NCBI GenBank assembly: GCA_900314755.1
Contig: OMWH01000002.1
Coordinates: forward strand, 25,926 to 89,925
DNA: 64,000 nucleotides
Reading direction: 5' to 3'
DNA from: an uncultured Prevotellaceae bacterium
GTDB taxonomy: Bacteria > Bacteroidota > Bacteroidia > Bacteroidales > Bacteroidaceae
The stretch's first letter is position 1. Each line of letters opens with the position of its first letter. Below the pieces are notes generated by a model. That model was not told the DNA's origin, searched no databases, and worked only from the letters and a program-made list of their open reading frames with translations. The position numbers and the translations under genes were made by a program. Of the stretch, positions 59,869 through 64,000 are shown in pieces.

Positions 59869-60984
59869 TTACATCATCTTCTTTAAAGCGTCAATAATCT
59901 CTTCAGGCTCAGGAACGATACCACCCAAGCGACCGAACTGCTCGACAGGCAGGGCACCGTTGATGGCAAGACGGACATCCTGTACCATCTGCCCGGCATT
60001 AATCTCGACAACGAGAACACCCTTCTTACCCTTCGCCATCTCAGCAATCTGCTTTGAGGGGAACGGCCATAGTGTGATAGGACGCAAGAGTCCCACCTTG
60101 AGTCCCTCCTCACGAGCCATCTCAATGGCTTTCTGTGTCAGGCGTGCCGCAGAGCCGAAAGCCACGATCAGGTATTCGGCATCGTCGCAATAAAGGGTCT
60201 CATAACGCACCTCTTTCTCACGAATCTCCGCATATTTCTCCTGCAGATGGATGTTACGAGCCTCCATCGCCTCTGGCTTCAACTCCAGCGAGGTGATGAT
60301 ATTCGGCTTGCGGTCCTTCGTGCGACCGATGGTAGCCCAAGGACACTCCTTGCGGATCTGCTCCTCCGTACGACGGGGCTTATAGGGTGGCAGCACGATT
60401 TTCTCCATCATCTGTCCGATGACACCATCAGAAAGGATCATGGCAGGGTTACGGTATTTGAATGCCAACTCAAAGGCGAGGTCTACGAAGTCAGCCATCT
60501 CCTGGACAGAGTTAGGAGCCAGGACGATGACGTTATAGTCGCCATTACCACCGCCACGGGTAGCCTGGAAATAGTCACCCTGTGAGGGCTGGATAGTACC
60601 TAAGCCAGGACCGCCACGCTGTACGTTGACGAAGACACCGGGCAGTTCAGCACCAGCCATATAGGTGATACCCTCCTGCATCAGTGCCACACCGGGTGAC
60701 GAGGAGGAGGTGAGCACACGCTTACCTGCCGCTGCTCCACCATAAATCATATTAATAGACGCCACCTCACTCTCTGCCTGCAGCACCACCATACCAGTGG
60801 TCTCCCAAGGCTTCAGCTCGGCTAATGTCTCAATCACTTCACTCTGTGGGGTGATGGGATATCCGAAATATCCGTCAGCACCACAACGGATGGCAGCGTG
60901 GGCTATCGCCTCGTTGCCCTTCATCAGTGTCACTTCTTGCTTCCCGTCGGTAGCAAGCGACTTGTCGTTTACCTGTTCTGCCAT
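59869..60984 (-). CDS. vorB: 2-oxoacid:ferredoxin oxidoreductase alpha subunit (VorB-like)
   Basis: GNEA, GYPITPQSE, QAESE, SSSPG, QRGGPGLG. Confidence 0.9.
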   Translation of the reverse strand: MAEQVNDKSLATDGKQEVTLMKGNEAIAHAAIRCGADGYFGYPITPQSEVIETLAELKPWETTGMVVLQAESEVASINMIYGGAAAGKRVLTSSSSPGVALMQEGITYMAGAELPGVFVNVQRGGPGLGTIQPSQGDYFQATRGGGNGDYNVIVLAPNSVQEMADFVDLAFELAFKYRNPAMILSDGVIGQMMEKIVLPPYKPRRTEEQIRKECPWATIGRTKDRKPNIITSLELKPEAMEARNIHLQEKYAEIREKEVRYETLYCDDAEYLIVAFGSAARLTQKAIEMAREEGLKVGLLRPITLWPFPSKQIAEMAKGKKGVLVVEINAGQMVQDVRLAINGALPVEQFGRLGGIVPEPEEIIDALKKMM

Positions 60985-60988
60985 CTTT

Positions 60989-61219
60989 TTACTCCTCTAC
61001 TTTTTTACGATAGACCGTGATACATCCGTCAGGACATACCACCGCACATGACGTACAGCCAGTACATTTGTCTATCTGCACGGGCTCCACATAGGGATAG
61101 CCATGCACATTCACACGATTGGCCAGTGCGATGACACCCTGCGGACAAGCACTCACACAGAGCACACATCCTTTGCAGCGGTCGGTATTCACCACAATAG
61201 CACCTTTCAGTTTCGCCAT
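60989..61219 (-). CDS. 2x[4Fe-4S] ferredoxin (delta subunit)
   Basis: CKGCVLCVSACP and CTGCTSCAVVCP. Confidence 0.95.
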   Translation of the reverse strand: MAKLKGAIVVNTDRCKGCVLCVSACPQGVIALANRVNVHGYPYVEPVQIDKCTGCTSCAVVCPDGCITVYRKKVEE

Positions 61220-61236
61220 TTCTTTAGTATTTGTTC

Positions 61237-61419
61237 TTATGGATTATAGTAATCTTTATGGTAATAATTCATGATGTCGTCGAGCATCTGCTTCGCCTCT
61301 ACGGCAGGACTCTCCGGGTCGAGCTCTATGGCTTTCAGATAGCTGTTGATAGCCTCCTGCCAGTTGCCCTGCTTGCGGTAAGCATTCCCTTGCTCATAAA
61401 ACTCTCGTGAACTAGCCAC
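61237..61419 (-). CDS. Small TPR protein
   Basis: GNAYRKQGNWQEAINSYLKAIELDP; GTG start. Confidence 0.85.
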   Translation of the reverse strand: MASSREFYEQGNAYRKQGNWQEAINSYLKAIELDPESPAVEAKQMLDDIMNYYHKDYYNP

Positions 61420-61457
61420 CTCTCAACTCTAAACTCTAAACTCTAAACTCTCAACTA
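61420..61457 (-). repeat. Heptamer array filling intergenic spacer
   Basis: Minus strand: TAG TTGAGAG TTTAGAG TTTAGAG TTTAGAG TTGAGAG GTG. Confidence 0.85.
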
Positions 61458-62333
61458 CTTATAATACTCTTTCTTGCCCGCTGCAAGCGTGTTCTTCATC
61501 AGCGAACAGATAGTCATCGGTCCTACTCCTCCGGGAACGGGAGTGATGAACGAGCACTTAGGAGCTACCTCGTCGAACTTCACGTCACCATTCAGGCGGA
61601 AACCGCTCTTACGGGTGGCATCAGGCACACGGGTAGTACCCACGTCGATGATGACGGCACCCTCTTTCACCATATCGGCAGTCACGAAATCGGGGCTTCC
61701 GATAGCTGCAATGATAATATCTGCCTCACGGCACTCCTCCTTCAATGTCTTTGAGCGGGAGTGGCAAACGGTAACGGTAGCGTCACCATATTGTTTCTGC
61801 ATCATCAACTGTGCCATGGGCTTGCCCACGATATTCGAGCGTCCCAGGATGACACATTTCTTACCCGATGTCTCAATGCCGTAACGCTTCAGCAGGGTGA
61901 TGATGCCCAATGGAGTGGCAGAGATAAAGCAAGGCAGTCCGATTGCCATACGTCCCACGTTGATGGGATGGAAACCGTCAACATCCTTACGGTAGTCGAT
62001 AGCCTCAATGATTTTCTGCTCGTCGATATGCTTGGGAAGGGGGAGCTGCACGATGAAGCCATCCACATCCTCGTCCTTATTCAGTTTATCGACACAGCTC
62101 AGCAGTTCCTCCTCCGTGATCGTATCCTCATAACGGATAAGCGTGCTCTTGAAGCCGCAAGCCTCACACGCCAGCACCTTGTTCTTCACGTAGGTCTCAC
62201 TGCCACCGTCATGCCCTACAAGCACGGCGGCAAGATGGGGCTGTTTACCACCATGAGCAACAATCTCCTTTACCTCTTCGGCAATCTCCGCCTTAATGGC
62301 TGTTGCCGTTGCTTTTCCATCTATTAATTGCAT
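61455..62333 (-). CDS. folD: Methylenetetrahydrofolate dehydrogenase/cyclohydrolase
   Basis: [34 protein letters not shown]. Confidence 0.97.
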   Translation of the reverse strand: MQLIDGKATATAIKAEIAEEVKEIVAHGGKQPHLAAVLVGHDGGSETYVKNKVLACEACGFKSTLIRYEDTITEEELLSCVDKLNKDEDVDGFIVQLPLPKHIDEQKIIEAIDYRKDVDGFHPINVGRMAIGLPCFISATPLGIITLLKRYGIETSGKKCVILGRSNIVGKPMAQLMMQKQYGDATVTVCHSRSKTLKEECREADIIIAAIGSPDFVTADMVKEGAVIIDVGTTRVPDATRKSGFRLNGDVKFDEVAPKCSFITPVPGGVGPMTICSLMKNTLAAGKKEYYK

Positions 62334-62362
62334 ATTATAAAATATTATTGGAACTATAGGGA

Positions 62363-63709
62363 CTATAGTTTATTACCACGCATCTTCATCGCGGCAGCCA
62401 TCTGTGCCATCTTCGAGTTACCGGCACCAGCCACCATCTTCATCATCTTGCGAGTCTGGTCAAACTGCTTCATCAGACGGTTGACCTCCTCTATCTTCGT
62501 ACCAGAGCCCTTGGCGATACGCATACGGCGGCTCTGGTTGATGATATCCGGGTTGGCACGCTCTTTGGGGGTCATGGAATTGATGATTGCCTCGACTCCC
62601 TTGAAGGCATTGTCGTCAATGTCGATATCCTTGATAGCCTTACCTACCCCAGGTATCATGCCGGCAAGATCCTTGATGTTACCCATCTTCTTGATCTGCT
62701 GTATCTGCGACATGAAGTCGTTGAAGTCAAACTTGTTCTTGCGGATTTTCTTCTCCAGCTCACGTGCCTGTTTCTCGTCAAACTGCTCCTGGGCACGCTC
62801 TACGAGACTGACGATATCACCCATTCCGAGGATGCGGTCTGCCATACGCTCGGGATGGAACACGTCGATAGCCTCCATCTTCTCACCTGTTCCCACGAAC
62901 TTGATGGGTTTGGTGACAACGGTACGGATACTCAGGGCAGCACCACCACGGGTGTCACCGTCGAGCTTGGTGAGTACCACACCGTCGAAGTCGAGACGGT
63001 CGTTGAACTCCTTGGCGGTGTTCACGGCATCCTGACCCGTCATCGAGTCTACCACGAACAACGTCTCGTCAGGGTTGACAGCCTCTTTCAGGGTGGCTAT
63101 CTCATTCATCATCTCCTCGTCAACGGCAAGACGACCGGCGGTATCAATGATGACGACGTTATAGTTCTTTGCCTTTGCCTCACGGATAGCGTTATTGGCT
63201 ATCTCCACGACATTCTTGTTCTCGGGCTCTGAATAGACAGGGACACCCACGCTGTCACCCACCACATGCAACTGCTGGATAGCGGCGGGACGGTAGACGT
63301 CACATGCCACGAGCAACGGGTTCTTATGCTGCTTGTTCTTCAGCATATTGGCAAGCTTACCACTGAAGGTGGTCTTACCAGAGCCCTGCAGACCAGACAT
63401 CAGAATGATGGCGGGACGACCCTCGAGTTTCAGCTCGACAGCCTTACCACCCATCAGTTCGGCAAGCTCGTCATGGACGATCTTCACCATCAACTGCCCT
63501 GGTTTCACGGCTGTGAGCACATTCATACCCATCGCCTTCTGCTTCACCGTGTCTGTGAAGTTCTTTGCCACCTTGTAGTTGACATCGGCATCCAACAGGG
63601 CACGACGGACATCCTTCAGGGTCTCCGCCACGTTAATCTCGGTGATTTTGCCCTCACCTTTCAATATCTTGAACGACCGTTCAAGTCTGTCACTTAAATT
63701 CTCAAACAT
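62363..63709 (-). CDS. ffh: Signal recognition particle protein
   Basis: [21 protein letters not shown]-domain; start moved to ATG 63709 (MFENL). Confidence 0.97.
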   Translation of the reverse strand: MFENLSDRLERSFKILKGEGKITEINVAETLKDVRRALLDADVNYKVAKNFTDTVKQKAMGMNVLTAVKPGQLMVKIVHDELAELMGGKAVELKLEGRPAIILMSGLQGSGKTTFSGKLANMLKNKQHKNPLLVACDVYRPAAIQQLHVVGDSVGVPVYSEPENKNVVEIANNAIREAKAKNYNVVIIDTAGRLAVDEEMMNEIATLKEAVNPDETLFVVDSMTGQDAVNTAKEFNDRLDFDGVVLTKLDGDTRGGAALSIRTVVTKPIKFVGTGEKMEAIDVFHPERMADRILGMGDIVSLVERAQEQFDEKQARELEKKIRKNKFDFNDFMSQIQQIKKMGNIKDLAGMIPGVGKAIKDIDIDDNAFKGVEAIINSMTPKERANPDIINQSRRMRIAKGSGTKIEEVNRLMKQFDQTRKMMKMVAGAGNSKMAQMAAAMKMRGNKL

Positions 63710-63846
63710 ATATACCTTATTTATTTTGGGGTGCAAAGTTACGAATAAATAAGGAAAACACAAAAGAAAAAACCATTTTCTTACTTTTTCCTATATTGAA
63801 GTATTACCAGTCACGCTATGAGAAATTCATAAAGTCTGTGCTGGAC

Positions 63847-64000
63847 TCACACCACCTCGTCCATAAGGATGTCGTGGGAATCGCATGGCACCAGAGGTAC
63901 ATGCTGGAAGGGGAATGCCACACCAATGGTGCGGCGCGGGGGATGCTGAGCCAGGAAACGGTCATAGTAGCCACGCCCACGCCCCAACCGGTGACCGGCA
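63847..64000 (-). CDS. 5-formyltetrahydrofolate cyclo-ligase (3' end only)
   Basis: Manual reverse translation GHRLGRGRGYYDRFL...HDILMDEVV*. Confidence 0.85.
   Translation of the reverse strand, partial: AGHRLGRGRGYYDRFLAQHPPRRTIGVAFPFQHVPLVPCDSHDILMDEVV

Noticed and set aside
63818-63833. ATG at 63818 as start of a + strand gene
   Set aside because: Stops after four codons (ATG AGA AAT TCA TAA); the adjacent region is the 3' end of a minus-strand cyclo-ligase.

Overview
Bacteroidales (Prevotella-like) chromosomal segment, judged from gene content, the TTTG-N20-TAnnTTTG promoters and the Bat/Vor operons. Most of it is housekeeping: mazG, valS, prfA, pyrF, mtgA, proS, rpsA; dnaN-exonuclease-coaBC-DUF4835-recN; dnaB, nadE, queA; a moxR/bat operon with two gene fusions; a BamA/TamA-like gene; maf/kdsC; GH115; OmpA; a FadL-like gene; DUF362 plus a TonB receptor; a 2-oxoacid:ferredoxin oxidoreductase operon; folD and ffh. 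One AT-rich accessory island (~11.0-19.2 kb) lies between the convergent rpsA and DUF3127 genes and has no integrase. The best candidate for an undescribed system is in this island. A WYL-domain regulator sits between two operons: (i) a putative membrane metal-hydrolase, a Gly/Ala-hairpin coiled-coil protein and the WYL gene; (ii) a YaaW/UPF0174 protein and an M48 protease. The promoters of both operons share an identically spaced 41-bp motif, GAGTCGGAC-N3-TTTTGTC-N12-TAANTTTGCC. Next to this lies a polyvalent-protein-type kinase cassette bracketed by 80-bp direct repeats (79/80 identical), a restriction-modification gene remnant and an orphan structured leader. The island is bracketed by two near-identical inverted hairpins. 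Across the window, 7-9-bp micro-tandem arrays fill intergenic spacers, overlap stop codons and sit in frame inside queA and the BatD signal peptide. No tRNA, rRNA, CRISPR array or transposase was recognised. All family assignments come from motif recognition by eye; no database search was run.
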